Shown one piece after another: positions 51,101 through 58,869 of a DNA stretch of 64,000 nt; the stretch's first letter is position 1, and each line of letters opens with the position of its first letter. Under the pieces are notes generated by a model. That model was not told the origin of the DNA, ran no database searches, and saw only the letters and a program-made list of their open reading frames with translations. Where the stretch lies: NCBI GenBank assembly GCA_025210805.1, contig JAOAQX010000029.1, positions 12,962 to 76,961 of the forward strand. Direction: 5' to 3'. The translations under genes were made by a program, and so were the position numbers. Source of the stretch: Flavobacteriales bacterium (GTDB lineage Bacteria; Bacteroidota; Bacteroidia; Flavobacteriales; CAJXXR01).

Positions 51101-52811
51101 CCCAGCAGCTTTAGTAGGTAATTCTATCAAAATAAGAATTAGACAAACCACACATAGTGGATCTTCTTATGATGTATGGACCATTGATGATTTTGCGATT
51201 TCAAGTGGAGCAAATTCTTTTGCCAACTACCTCGTTCAAGGTGATTCTACCTACATTACACAATGGATATTGACTTCTGGGTTAACCAATGGGCAATACA
51301 CAGGTTCTATTCCGCTTTATTCAAATGATCCTGTAACGCCTTATACTCCAGTTATGTTGTCGTTTAATATTGAGAATACACCTTGTGCATCTATTTTAGA
51401 TTCATTAATCACAAGCTGTTCTGGAGCTGTAGGATTTAGCGTTGATGCTGTAAATACACCTACATCATATAGTTGGGATTTTGGAGATGGTGGAACATCT
51501 ACTTTAGCGAACCCAACACATAGTTATGCAAGTACGGGAGCCTATGTTACTACATTGATTGCTTGTAATAATTTTGGATGCGATACCGTGAGTACAAGTA
51601 TACTTGTTAATTCAGTTTATGGTCCTGGTCCTGCAAACTGTACACCATCCACATTCTATAACTATACAAACTATGATATCGCTTCTGTGAACTTAGGAAA
51701 TATATCGAAAACTACAGCGGGAACAGGTTCTAATGCTTATCATGATTACACCTGTTCAGATTCAACCACTTTATACCTTGGAGATACTTACACATTACAA
51801 GTTACAACCACATCCAATTATGCTGATTATTTCAAGGCTTGGATAGATTATAACGGAAATGGAGTTTTTGATATCTCAGAGCAAATTGGCTCTCAAACTA
51901 ATGGGAATGGATCTTATAATGTGACCTTTATTGTTCCAAATAATTTGACAGAACAAGAGGTAAGATTAAGAGTCTATGTTGATGATAATAATATTTCGGG
52001 TCCTTGTGACAATATCTATTATGGAGAAATTGAGGACTATACCATAATCCTTAAAGAGAAAATACTCTTACCAGTAGCCTCTTTTAGTGCTGCGGAAATT
52101 GATAAGTGTGGAGGAATATTTACGTTCACCGATAATTCGGTAAATAATCCTACATCTTGGTTATGGAATTTTGGAGATGGAACAACTTCTATTTTGCAAA
52201 ATCCAACTCACCAATTTAGTACTTCTGGAATCCAGAATATTAGCTTAATTTCTACAAATTCTTATGGTTCAGATACCGTTCAGCAAAGTATTGTATCTAG
52301 AATAGCTGAAGCAGATATCCAACTATTATCACCACTGGGGCTTCAATCGCCAATGCAGTTTAGCAATAGTACCACTGGAGTCTCTACTTATGAATGGAGT
52401 TTTGGAGATGGAAATACTTCATCATTAGCAACGCCAGTACATCATTTCCAAAATCCTCAAGTGTATTATGTAACCCTCACTGTAACAAATACACATGGAT
52501 GTAAAGCTACAGATATTGATACTATTGACCTAACGCCATTTATTGGTTTAGATGAACTTGAGAAAGAAGTATCGATTTCTCCTAATCCAGCAAATGATTA
52601 TATCTTTATCAAAAACACGAGCGATCAAAAAGTAGAAAATGTAGAAATATATTCTTCTATTGGTCAGTTGATGAAAAAAGAAATGATCTTATCAGATGAA
52701 AAAGAAATCAAACTCGATTTGACAGAACTTCCAAAAGGAGTATATCACCTGAAAATAAACTTTAAAGATCAACTTCCAGTAACTCATAAAATGGTGAAAG
52801 GAAGAGAATAA
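45111..52811 (+). CDS. Giant (2566 aa) secreted multidomain protein: M4 (thermolysin-like) metalloprotease plus PKD x6, CUB, GEVED x2 and Ig-like/jelly-roll modules, with a T9SS C-terminal sorting domain
   Basis: Signal peptide. HEFSH at nt 46128 (aa 340-344) plus GALNESFADIFG (third Zn ligand). W-x-FGDG-T/G PKD cores at aa 558, 793, 996, 2122, 2352 and 2429. CUB-like block aa 848-957 (CNFLINPGCANSVTLSFSSFDMESCCDYFRVYDG). GEVED-type ends YGQYRDYRIKLL and YGEIEDYTIIL. The last ~80 aa (ISPNPANDYIFIKN...GVYHLKI) form a Por_Secre_tail. A TATATTTG -7 box lies at 45079-45086. Confidence 0.9.
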   Translation: MRKISIQSFMVTALFFVLSTSYLTAQSKEIHQKCDLTALNSEKESFDWFIKNNQIENRLTWKLKKEKEDKLGFIHKKYHQTYKEYTVIGSEIIFHYNTRGLYLVNGNLEDIKKTENKISLSSDEALHIAMRKYPSDQYQWECNEQIPPTMPELVVYPKGDGQYFYAYKIDLYSVSPLFRYHIFIDAEDGSDLGKHDQIMHTDVNGSGTTLYSGVKNFTTDSVSPGNYRLRSSLGGGTRTWDMNQTTTTQQDFTDADNYWSVISNQDKAARDVHYGVEKTYNYFYSKHNHSSYDDNNSLINSRVHYDVDFNNAFWDGTQLTFGDGDGINLNPLVTVDVVGHEFSHGVIQHTANLIYQNESGALNESFADIFGVCVDYFADSASANYLIGEQIFIGSGALRNMSNPNQYGDPDTYQGTNWFTGSADNGGVHTNSGVQNFWFYLLVNGGTGMNDNGNAYNISGIGMQKAAAIAYRNLSVYLTTSSNYAAARAGSIQSAIDLYGACSQEVMSVTNAWYAVGVGTLFSNAVTASFSANNTYSCSTPFTVSFTNSSLNAVSYLWSFGDGTTSTLINPTHTYTSAGVYDVQLIVNGSGTCGASADTLLIDDLIEVQNLGSLVSTTCNPNISFPSQYGVHYFKFDSLIDNQNTSNIYLDKTCDYNEFFTMGVPYNLRIRNNSYFTYKKIWIDYDNSGSFSDDEKVFSIYGNTPNQGVNVILNHSNPNYSNWLRMRVLSTNSSLDTSCLSVSYGQYRDYRIKLLPNTNPPIAGFNLNNTNVSTGTAVTFNNVSQNLPTSYQWSFPGGTPATSTAFQPSVTYNSPGQYNVQLIVSNSYGTDTLSIPNYVQASSVYTLCSDDSTNSPVGTLFDQGGPTGNYSNYTNCNFLINPGCANSVTLSFSSFDMESCCDYFRVYDGIDATGTLLLSANGTTIPSSVTANSGSMFIRFTSDYSGVGDGFEVNWTSVVPSTNPTANFVVSDTLPPYNTPVQFTDNSSALVNSWLWDFGDGTTSMLENPTKSYTSSGLKNVRLIVDNCFSTDTMFHNVYVQQTPEINIQPDTLNAVFSCTGTWSDSVLISNNGTGDLVLNTDGGDLEKVRFFVGGVSSTERTNVNAIMDTLLPAGVDYDTTYTLTTSSLQDVDLLIIGEATLSNFTLNSYSATLQNYVNNGGQVIHLGNRNYRMNALGLFNSLSYSTTSGASVQLLGNHPIVTNMGSNYLSLANLTYANNISNTGYESFANYGGRSVAGVRSIGTGNVYYLGYDYYTLNSSARKLMSITVHHILQNNNFNASFTSSLSSDTIAPSDSIYLSLALDSNSQNLLTGVYLDSILINSNDSLNASSYVYISYEITGAPQIEHVSSINFDTIQQGNSSYDTLVIENLGCDTLVIDSMVFSNIAFGSSLNSVTILPYSSDTAILTFSTANVGVFNDSVTIYNNDMNSVVYLNGVSTGAPIISFNPTSIVDTVFGCNDSIIVPVTVYNTGLGSLESTVDIFSNTGLGNGNGTGFFEGFENFNTQGWLNNSINHYQVSTSIAASGSKSLKLLASSAGINSNPLLKNFSSPMDVDYISFKMKGNSTSSGLTNYISFRNASGQEVIAVSKTSNKYRVFGNSTYNFSPANHTDWIHFEIKNINYTTRKMDVYIDGVLIYVNLGFWSGNYSTQGIQRIHIGRHSSSDHSYLDDVSLGSGVPVDWATASVDSIYVPANDSTTFNVVLNGSGLSNGTYDANVVFGTNIVQNPSDSLPISFTVIGEAEPTTNITCVNFPSTPQGTTLVDSFYLYNTGCADLTVNSLQTQLSVFGVTISNATIPANDSAKVMVQFSPLVMGTFTDTLSIINSIDTQKICLSGLATGAPDIDINPSTVTQTVSGCVDSVQVGFWVYNNGNDTLFYGNNTNNSFSEDFENLNYSTGFFEFGYGVYPNGSCGFHTGTKGLTYSGSGTRRVRSKLFIPNAGDSITFYYKAATIGSCNDPESGEYLRVEYQLNGTGTWNFLANANNFNGLFNYFAEEIPAALVGNSIKIRIRQTTHSGSSYDVWTIDDFAISSGANSFANYLVQGDSTYITQWILTSGLTNGQYTGSIPLYSNDPVTPYTPVMLSFNIENTPCASILDSLITSCSGAVGFSVDAVNTPTSYSWDFGDGGTSTLANPTHSYASTGAYVTTLIACNNFGCDTVSTSILVNSVYGPGPANCTPSTFYNYTNYDIASVNLGNISKTTAGTGSNAYHDYTCSDSTTLYLGDTYTLQVTTTSNYADYFKAWIDYNGNGVFDISEQIGSQTNGNGSYNVTFIVPNNLTEQEVRLRVYVDDNNISGPCDNIYYGEIEDYTIILKEKILLPVASFSAAEIDKCGGIFTFTDNSVNNPTSWLWNFGDGTTSILQNPTHQFSTSGIQNISLISTNSYGSDTVQQSIVSRIAEADIQLLSPLGLQSPMQFSNSTTGVSTYEWSFGDGNTSSLATPVHHFQNPQVYYVTLTVTNTHGCKATDIDTIDLTPFIGLDELEKEVSISPNPANDYIFIKNTSDQKVENVEIYSSIGQLMKKEMILSDEKEIKLDLTELPKGVYHLKINFKDQLPVTHKMVKGRE

Positions 52812-52830
52812 ATCATAAAGTATTTTTTTA

Positions 52831-52869
52831 AAAAAGCTTGATACCGATAAAGTATCAAGCTTTTTTTTT
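52831..52869 (+). terminator. Strong rho-independent terminator after the giant gene
   Basis: aaaaagcttgatac cgataaa gtatcaagcttttt followed by a T-run to 52869. Confidence 0.85.
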
Positions 52870-52928
52870 GATTAAAATAGGCCATAAACATTAAAAACTA
52901 GAAAATAAGTCTTTTCTTAATAGAATAA

Positions 52929-52962
52929 TTTGCCATACAATAGTTTGTTCTTATTATATTTG
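52929..52962 (+). promoter_or_regulatory. Putative Bacteroidota sigma-A promoter for typA
   Basis: TTTG (52929-52932), 22 nt, then TATATTTG (52955-52962, matches TAnnTTTG), 24 nt upstream of the ATG. Confidence 0.4.
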
Positions 52963-52985
52963 CCGAATTATACAGCGACAAGAAA

Positions 52986-54776
52986 ATGAAGAACATCAAG
53001 AACATAGCGATTATCGCTCACGTTGACCATGGTAAAACAACTTTGGTAGATAAAATATTATTCCATTGCAATGAGCTCAAGGGCGAAGGTGGAGATCTAA
53101 TATTAGACAACAACGACCTTGAAAGAGAGCGTGGAATCACCATTCTTTCTAAAAATGTATCCGTAGAATACAAAGGAATTAAAATCAACATTATCGATAC
53201 TCCAGGCCATGCCGACTTTGGAGGAGAGGTAGAGCGTGTACTCAATATGGCTGATGGTGTACTACTTTTAGTAGATGCATTTGAAGGTCCTATGCCACAA
53301 ACAAGATTCGTTTTAGGAAAAGCAATTGAGCTAGGGCTAAAACCTATTGTAGTGGTAAACAAAGTTGACAAGGAAAATTGCCGACCAGATGAAGTACATG
53401 AAATGGTTTTCGATTTAATGTTCCAACTAGGAGCTTCAGAAGATCAACTTGATTTCCCATGTGTTTATGGTTCTGCAAAACAATCTTGGATGAGTGAAGA
53501 TTGGAAGAATCCGACAGAGGATATTACGCCACTTTTGGATATGGTTTTAGACCAAATTCCTTCTCCAAAAATTGAAGAAGGTTCTACCCAAATGTTAATC
53601 ACTTCATTAGATTTCTCAAAGTACACAGGAAGAATTGCTGTAGGAAGACTTAAAAGAGGAGGACTTGTAACAGGACAACAAGTAAGTCTTTGCAAAAGAG
53701 ATGGTTCTATAACCAAAACAAGAATCAAAGAACTTTTTGTTTTTGAAGCACTAGGAAGAGTAAAAGTAGATAAAATAGAAGCAGGAGATATTTGTGCAAT
53801 TGTAGGATTAGAAGGTTTTGATATCGGAGATACTGTAGCCGATTTCGAAAATCCAGATGCTTTACCTACTATTGCCATCGATGAGCCTACAATGAGTATG
53901 CTTTTTACAATCAATGATTCTCCGTTTTTTGGAAAAGAAGGAAAATTCTTAACCTCAAGACATATCAAAGACAGATTAGAAAGTGAGCTAGAAAGAAATC
54001 TTGCCCTTAGAGTAGAGCCAGGTTTATCAGCTGATAAATTTATTGTTTATGGGCGTGGTGTACTCCATTTATCTGTTCTTATTGAAACGATGAGAAGAGA
54101 AGGGTATGAACTTCAAATAGGACAACCACAGGTTCTTATAAAAGAAATAGACGGGAAAAAATGTGAGCCAATTGAAGAATTGACCATCGATATTCCAGAA
54201 ACTACTTCGGGTAAAGCAATTGAAATGGTTACTTTAAGAAAAGGTGAAATGCTTTCTATGGAGCCAAAAGGAGACCGTATGCTTTTAGAGTTTGAAGTTC
54301 CTTCAAGAGGAATCATTGGGCTAAGAAATCAATTACTTACTGCATCTGCTGGAGAGGCAATTATGAATCACCGTTTTAAGCATTATGCACCCGTAAAAGG
54401 AGAAATTCCAGGGAGAATGAGTGGATCATTGATTTCTATGGAAAAAGGAACCACTTTTGCTTACTCATTAGATAAACTTCAAGACCGAGGAAAATTCTTT
54501 GTTGCTCCACAGGAAGATATTTACGAAGGACAGGTAATAGGAGAGAATTCTAGAGCGAATGATTTGGTTATTAATGTAACTAAAGCGAAGAAACTTACAA
54601 ATATGCGTTCTTCAGGTGCCGATGATAAAGCTAAATTAGCACCTCCAACAGTCTTTACTTTAGAAGAAGCCTTAGAATACATCCAAAAAGATGAATATGT
54701 AGAGGTAACACCTGAATCTATTCGTCTAAGAAAAATACTCTTAACAGAGAACGCAAGAAAAAGAGCAGGTAAATAA
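52986..54776 (+). CDS. typA: Translational GTPase TypA/BipA
   Basis: 596 aa. G1 AHVDHGKTT and G3 DTPGHADFGGEV, with EF-G-like domain order lacking domain IV. Confidence 0.95.
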   Translation: MKNIKNIAIIAHVDHGKTTLVDKILFHCNELKGEGGDLILDNNDLERERGITILSKNVSVEYKGIKINIIDTPGHADFGGEVERVLNMADGVLLLVDAFEGPMPQTRFVLGKAIELGLKPIVVVNKVDKENCRPDEVHEMVFDLMFQLGASEDQLDFPCVYGSAKQSWMSEDWKNPTEDITPLLDMVLDQIPSPKIEEGSTQMLITSLDFSKYTGRIAVGRLKRGGLVTGQQVSLCKRDGSITKTRIKELFVFEALGRVKVDKIEAGDICAIVGLEGFDIGDTVADFENPDALPTIAIDEPTMSMLFTINDSPFFGKEGKFLTSRHIKDRLESELERNLALRVEPGLSADKFIVYGRGVLHLSVLIETMRREGYELQIGQPQVLIKEIDGKKCEPIEELTIDIPETTSGKAIEMVTLRKGEMLSMEPKGDRMLLEFEVPSRGIIGLRNQLLTASAGEAIMNHRFKHYAPVKGEIPGRMSGSLISMEKGTTFAYSLDKLQDRGKFFVAPQEDIYEGQVIGENSRANDLVINVTKAKKLTNMRSSGADDKAKLAPPTVFTLEEALEYIQKDEYVEVTPESIRLRKILLTENARKRAGK

Positions 54777-54835
54777 TTTGATGACAATCAAAAAAAATGC
54801 TAAATTGGGTGTTGAACTTCATTTCAAATAAAACT

Positions 54836-54875
54836 AAACTTATTGCTTTCATAATATTATGAAAGTAATAAGTTT
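54836..54875. promoter_or_regulatory. 40-nt near-perfect palindrome (core 20 nt perfect) between typA and the USP gene
   Basis: aaacttattgctttcataat|attatgaaagtaataagttt. The only non-Watson-Crick position is g54845/t54866. The core ctttcataatattatgaaag (54846-54865) is perfect. The right end abuts the -33 TTTG of the USP promoter. Confidence 0.6.
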
Positions 54876-54905
54876 GAATTTGAGTGATTACAATTTGTAT
54901 TTTTG
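54873..54905 (+). promoter_or_regulatory. Putative Bacteroidota sigma-A promoter for the USP gene
   Basis: TTTG (54873-54876), 21 nt, then TATTTTTG (54898-54905), 21 nt upstream of ATG 54927. Confidence 0.45.
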
Positions 54906-54926
54906 TGTCAAACAACAATTAAGAAG

Positions 54927-55811
54927 ATGAAAGTAAAAAACAGTATGATATTAGTTCCGATAGATTTTACGGAGCAATCAATGGTCGCTTTAAAAGAGGC
55001 AGAAAATTTAGCCAAAATATCAGATTCAAAACTCACACTCATTAGTGTTATTGAAGAATCTGGATTCTTTGCCAGAGTTTTTGGAGATAAATCTCAAGAT
55101 GAGGTAGATAAAATGAAGCAAGTTATTAACACAAAACTTGCTGAAATTGCTCAATCTAGTGAAGCGAAAATAGGAAATGATGTCAATGTGATTACTTCCA
55201 GAGGGAAAGTTTCTTCAAAAATAGTAGAAGCTTCTGAGATGGTAAATGCAGATTTGATTGTAATGGGTACAGAAGGAAATCCAAAGAAAATCAAAAAATT
55301 GATTGGATCTAATGCTTATAAAGTTGTTACAACGTCTAAAGTTCCTGTAATTACCATAAAAGGAGATCAACACAAAAATTGTGATGTAATTATTTTGCCT
55401 TTGGATCTTGAAAAAGAAACGAAGGAAAAAGTTTCAAATGCAATTGAATTTGCAAGAATTTATGACGCAACCATCAAGGTAGTTACTGTTATAAAATCAA
55501 ACCTAGATGAAGAAGCTGCTCAAACACTAAAAAACAATTTGATGCAGGTGTATAAATTCATCCGTTCTAAAAATGTGAAATGCGATGGCGATATTTTGTA
55601 TAAGGATAATAAAGCTAAAGTATCTGACGAAATATTACAATATGCACAAGATAATGAAGCTGATTTAATTATGATTATGACTCAACAAGAGTCAGACTTT
55701 ACGCCTCATTTTATCGGTTCATCGGCTCAAAAAGTTATTTATCATTCAAGAATCCCTGTAATGTCTATTCGTCCAAGAGTGACAACATATTCTTATGAAT
55801 TACCAAACTAA
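54927..55811 (+). CDS. Tandem universal stress protein (two UspA domains)
   Basis: Two Usp modules (ILVPIDFTE...LIVMGTEG and VIILPLDLE...LIMIMTQQ...GSSAQKV). Start set at the first ATG, since the ORF-track start 54903 is TTG. Confidence 0.75.
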   Translation: MKVKNSMILVPIDFTEQSMVALKEAENLAKISDSKLTLISVIEESGFFARVFGDKSQDEVDKMKQVINTKLAEIAQSSEAKIGNDVNVITSRGKVSSKIVEASEMVNADLIVMGTEGNPKKIKKLIGSNAYKVVTTSKVPVITIKGDQHKNCDVIILPLDLEKETKEKVSNAIEFARIYDATIKVVTVIKSNLDEEAAQTLKNNLMQVYKFIRSKNVKCDGDILYKDNKAKVSDEILQYAQDNEADLIMIMTQQESDFTPHFIGSSAQKVIYHSRIPVMSIRPRVTTYSYELPN

Positions 55812-55821
55812 TCATTTAAAT

Positions 55822-56577
55822 ATGAAATTATTTTTCACAAGCCTATTACTCGTAATAGGCTTTGTTTCTTGCACTAAAATGCCAGTCTATTACTGTTTAG
55901 ACAAAAAGAATATCGATTTTTCTGATGTAAATTACTCAGGCTATGATAAAGCCCACTCACTTAGATGGCTTATTTTTGAAGATCAAGAAAACCTTCATTT
56001 ATGGTTGGATACAGATAATCCAATTACCATAAGAAAAATCCTTTATGGAGGAATGAAAATTTATTTTGATCAAGAAGCTAAAAAAGGAAAGAGTAGAAAG
56101 ATCATTTTTCCAATGGAAACACCCAAAAAATTTACTCAAGAAGATTTTGGAGAGAAAGTACAAGAGGTGAAGTTAGGATCTAAAGGTTTTTATGCTACTA
56201 TGATAGATAATGTGCCTAAGATTGCAAGATTTGTTACTGATTCTACAGACACAGAGTATAATTACTTGTATGAGGCAAAACCTGCCAAAATAGAATTAGG
56301 AACTAAAGGAAGACTTTTGGAATATAAGGTAACTATTCCTAAAAAATCTATCGCAATAGAGCACACAAAAGCATTTTCTATAGGAATGGAAACAGGAAAA
56401 TTGGATATTGAGTATCCTGATGATGCCACAACAAATCCCGCAGGAACATCTCCTGTAAATAACCAAGCTCCTGTTGTGGGTGGAGGTTTGAATAATAGAC
56501 AATCAAACCTAAGAACTTACTCAGACATGGAAGCACCAATGAAAGTATGGTTTAAAGTGGAAAGAACAGAACTTTAA
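55822..56577 (+). CDS. Hypothetical lipoprotein
   Basis: Start at ATG 55822 gives MKLFFTSLLLVIGFVSC, a lipobox with Cys. No other recognisable domain. Confidence 0.55.
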   Translation: MKLFFTSLLLVIGFVSCTKMPVYYCLDKKNIDFSDVNYSGYDKAHSLRWLIFEDQENLHLWLDTDNPITIRKILYGGMKIYFDQEAKKGKSRKIIFPMETPKKFTQEDFGEKVQEVKLGSKGFYATMIDNVPKIARFVTDSTDTEYNYLYEAKPAKIELGTKGRLLEYKVTIPKKSIAIEHTKAFSIGMETGKLDIEYPDDATTNPAGTSPVNNQAPVVGGGLNNRQSNLRTYSDMEAPMKVWFKVERTEL

Positions 56578-56597
56578 TACCTGTTGTAAATAACATT

Positions 56598-56640
56598 AAA
56601 AACTCCGTTTAGATGAAATTCTTCATCTGAACGGAGTTTT
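56598..56640. terminator. Bidirectional ~19-bp hairpin terminator between convergent genes
   Basis: aaaactccgtttagatgaa / ttcatctgaacggagtttt (one G-U pair), flanked by A and T runs. Lies between the lipoprotein gene and acr3. Confidence 0.8.
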
Positions 56641-56662
56641 GTATTTTGTACCGATTAAGGTA

Positions 56663-57706
56663 TTATGCCTTAAAATACTTTTTCTTTAAGAATAAGGAAG
56701 CTCTTACTAAGATAATTAGGGCAGGAACTTCAATAAGTGGTCCAATAACTCCTGCAAAAGCCTGTCCGGAATTGATTCCAAATACCGCAATGGCAACCGC
56801 AATCGCTAATTCAAAATTATTACCAGCAGCAGTAAATGCCACTGACGCAGTTTGATCATAAGGTGCACCCGTTTTTTTGGTCATAAAAAAACCGATGAAA
56901 AACATAAGAATAAAATAAATCATTAAAGGAATTGCTATAATAAGCACTGCCTGTGGAATCTCTATAATTGTTTCACCTTTTAGAGAAAACATAACCACAA
57001 TGGTAAGCAAAAGAGCAATTAAAGTAAGAGGGCTTATCTTTGGAAGATACACCTTCTCGTACCATTCTATACCTTTAGCTTTTACCAATATTTTTCTACT
57101 CAAATATCCTAATAGGAATGGAATACCCAGATAAATCCCTACACTTAAAGCAATTTCTTGAATAGAAATATCAACTATTGCAGACTCTAGACCAAAATAG
57201 GGAGGAAGAACCGTTAGAAAAAGCCAAGCATAAAAACTATAGGTTATTACTTGAAAAACACTATTAATGGCTACTAATCCAGCACCATACTCCGTGCTTC
57301 CTTCTGCTAAGTCATTCCAAACAAGAACCATAGCAATACATCTGGCTAAGCCTATTAAAATGATCCCTACCATATATTCTGGATAGTCTCTTAGGAAAAC
57401 GATCGCCAAAATAAACATCAAAATAGGGCCGATAATCCAGTTGAGAATTAAAGAAACAGAAAGTATTTTAGTGTTTTTGTACACTTTGGGAAGCAAACTA
57501 TAATTTACTTTTGCCAAAGGCGGATACATCATCACAATAAGACCAAGGGCAATAGGAATATTGGTAGAGCCAATACTCATAGAGTCAATGATAGTTGCAG
57601 AATTTGGAAATAAATATCCAATTCCTACTCCAAGAATCATCGCTACAAATATCCAAAGCGTTAGATACTGGTCTATAAAATTGAGTTTTTTTGTTTGAGT
57701 TTTCAT
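56663..57706 (-). CDS. acr3: Arsenite efflux transporter, ACR3 family
   Basis: 347 aa, 10 TM. Sequence pattern ([27 protein letters not shown]) is typical of Acr3. Last gene of the ars operon. Confidence 0.85.
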   Translation of the reverse strand: MKTQTKKLNFIDQYLTLWIFVAMILGVGIGYLFPNSATIIDSMSIGSTNIPIALGLIVMMYPPLAKVNYSLLPKVYKNTKILSVSLILNWIIGPILMFILAIVFLRDYPEYMVGIILIGLARCIAMVLVWNDLAEGSTEYGAGLVAINSVFQVITYSFYAWLFLTVLPPYFGLESAIVDISIQEIALSVGIYLGIPFLLGYLSRKILVKAKGIEWYEKVYLPKISPLTLIALLLTIVVMFSLKGETIIEIPQAVLIIAIPLMIYFILMFFIGFFMTKKTGAPYDQTASVAFTAAGNNFELAIAVAIAVFGINSGQAFAGVIGPLIEVPALIILVRASLFLKKKYFKA

Positions 57707-58326
57707 TATGAGTTAATTTTGGAGAAAAGATATTTCATTTCCGAGGCAATTTGGAGACTTCTTTCTGCGTAATGTTCCATTTCTAAAGCTGTTCCATCAG
57801 AAATTTTAGGATCTTCAAAAGGTAAACGAAAACGTTTTTTTGCACCAGGAATAAAGGGACAATTTTTGTCTGCATCAGAACATGTTGTAATCACAATGAC
57901 TCCTTTATTAGGAATAGAGCTATGATCAATAGTTTTAGAAAAACCAAACAAAGCAGGAATACTTTTCCCAAAATGAATATGGAATAAAGGGTTTTCGTTT
58001 TCCTCTTTTTGCTCCAAAGAGAAACCCTGAGAATCTAAAGTCTTAATTACGCTAGGATAAATGCGTGTTTCTTCAGTTCCCGAAGAAAAACAAATCGTCT
58101 TTTTCATCTGATAATAGTATGAAATGGCTTGTGCCCAAATTTGAGCAAAATGACTTCTTCGAGAATTGTGAGTACAAACGAAATTGAATATCAAAGTCTC
58201 GTTTTCAGCTTTGGTTTCGTTTATATATTTCGCAATATTTTCTAGCTCAACTTTTCGATTCTCAGGGATCGTATCTGATTTCAGTTGAGTGATAAACGTA
58301 TGAAGTGTGGAATTTAATCGGTACAT
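57706..58326 (-). CDS. arsC: Arsenate reductase, LMW-PTPase type (with N-terminal extension)
   Basis: CX5R P-loop CTHNSRRS and a downstream Cys pair ([11 protein letters not shown]). Confidence 0.75.
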   Translation of the reverse strand: MYRLNSTLHTFITQLKSDTIPENRKVELENIAKYINETKAENETLIFNFVCTHNSRRSHFAQIWAQAISYYYQMKKTICFSSGTEETRIYPSVIKTLDSQGFSLEQKEENENPLFHIHFGKSIPALFGFSKTIDHSSIPNKGVIVITTCSDADKNCPFIPGAKKRFRLPFEDPKISDGTALEMEHYAERSLQIASEMKYLFSKINS

Positions 58327-58341
58327 AGAGTTAGGCGTGGT

Positions 58342-58806
58342 TTAGCAACATCCAGAAGCTGGATCGCAGGAATTGTTTTGAATTGAATCTAATTGTTTTC
58401 TTACTTTTTCAGAAGGAACTCCACATTTGTTTGGTGCGAGGCAATCTGTAAGTGTAGTTTGTAGATAGAAAACTCCATTATTAAAGCTCAAAGCATATTT
58501 TTCTATGGTATGACCTTGGTATTCTACTAAAATTTCACTGTCTGTTAGATTTAGTTTTTCTTCAGATTCTTTTATGATTCCCAAAAGCTTGGTAGGAGCA
58601 AGGCGGTGATCAAAATCATCGGCTTCCCAAAGTTGAAAATTAATTTTCTGATCTAAACGCACGGTTCCACCGCAGTCAATATATTTTTTGTCTAGCTGCC
58701 CTATTTCTGTTACATGAAAATGTGCAGGAACCAGTTTTCCGTTGGGGAGTAAAAATCTGATTTGTTCTAAATTTTCGAGGGCTTGTTTTACTTCTGATAA
58801 CTTCAT
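58342..58806 (-). CDS. DUF6428-like ars-operon protein with C-terminal Cys-x5-Cys-Cys tail
   Basis: PAHFHVTEIG motif that I associate with DUF6428. Sits between arsR and arsC. Ends in NNSCDPASGCC. Confidence 0.6.
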   Translation of the reverse strand: MKLSEVKQALENLEQIRFLLPNGKLVPAHFHVTEIGQLDKKYIDCGGTVRLDQKINFQLWEADDFDHRLAPTKLLGIIKESEEKLNLTDSEILVEYQGHTIEKYALSFNNGVFYLQTTLTDCLAPNKCGVPSEKVRKQLDSIQNNSCDPASGCC

Positions 58807-58825
58807 AGTTTTCTTTTTATTTGTT

Positions 58826-58842
58826 TATTGCAATATTGCGAT
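58826..58842. promoter_or_regulatory. Putative ArsR operator 2 (inside the operon, upstream of the DUF6428 gene)
   Basis: TATTGCAATATTGCGAT, with a perfect palindromic core GCAATATTGC. Lies 20-36 nt upstream of the start codon. Confidence 0.5.
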
Positions 58843-58869
58843 TGATTTTGACAAAAAAACAGATTCTGT

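Noticed and set aside
53018-54918. Minus-strand ORFs 53018-53371, 53465-53968, 54113-54316, 54521-54787 and 54718-54918
   Set aside because: All but the last are antisense to the highly conserved typA, and Ser/Pro-rich as expected for the reverse frame of a GTPase gene. The last spans the intergenic palindrome and has no start context.
56646-56855. 69-aa plus-strand ORF overlapping the acr3 3' end
   Set aside because: Antisense to acr3, and it begins inside the bidirectional terminator region.
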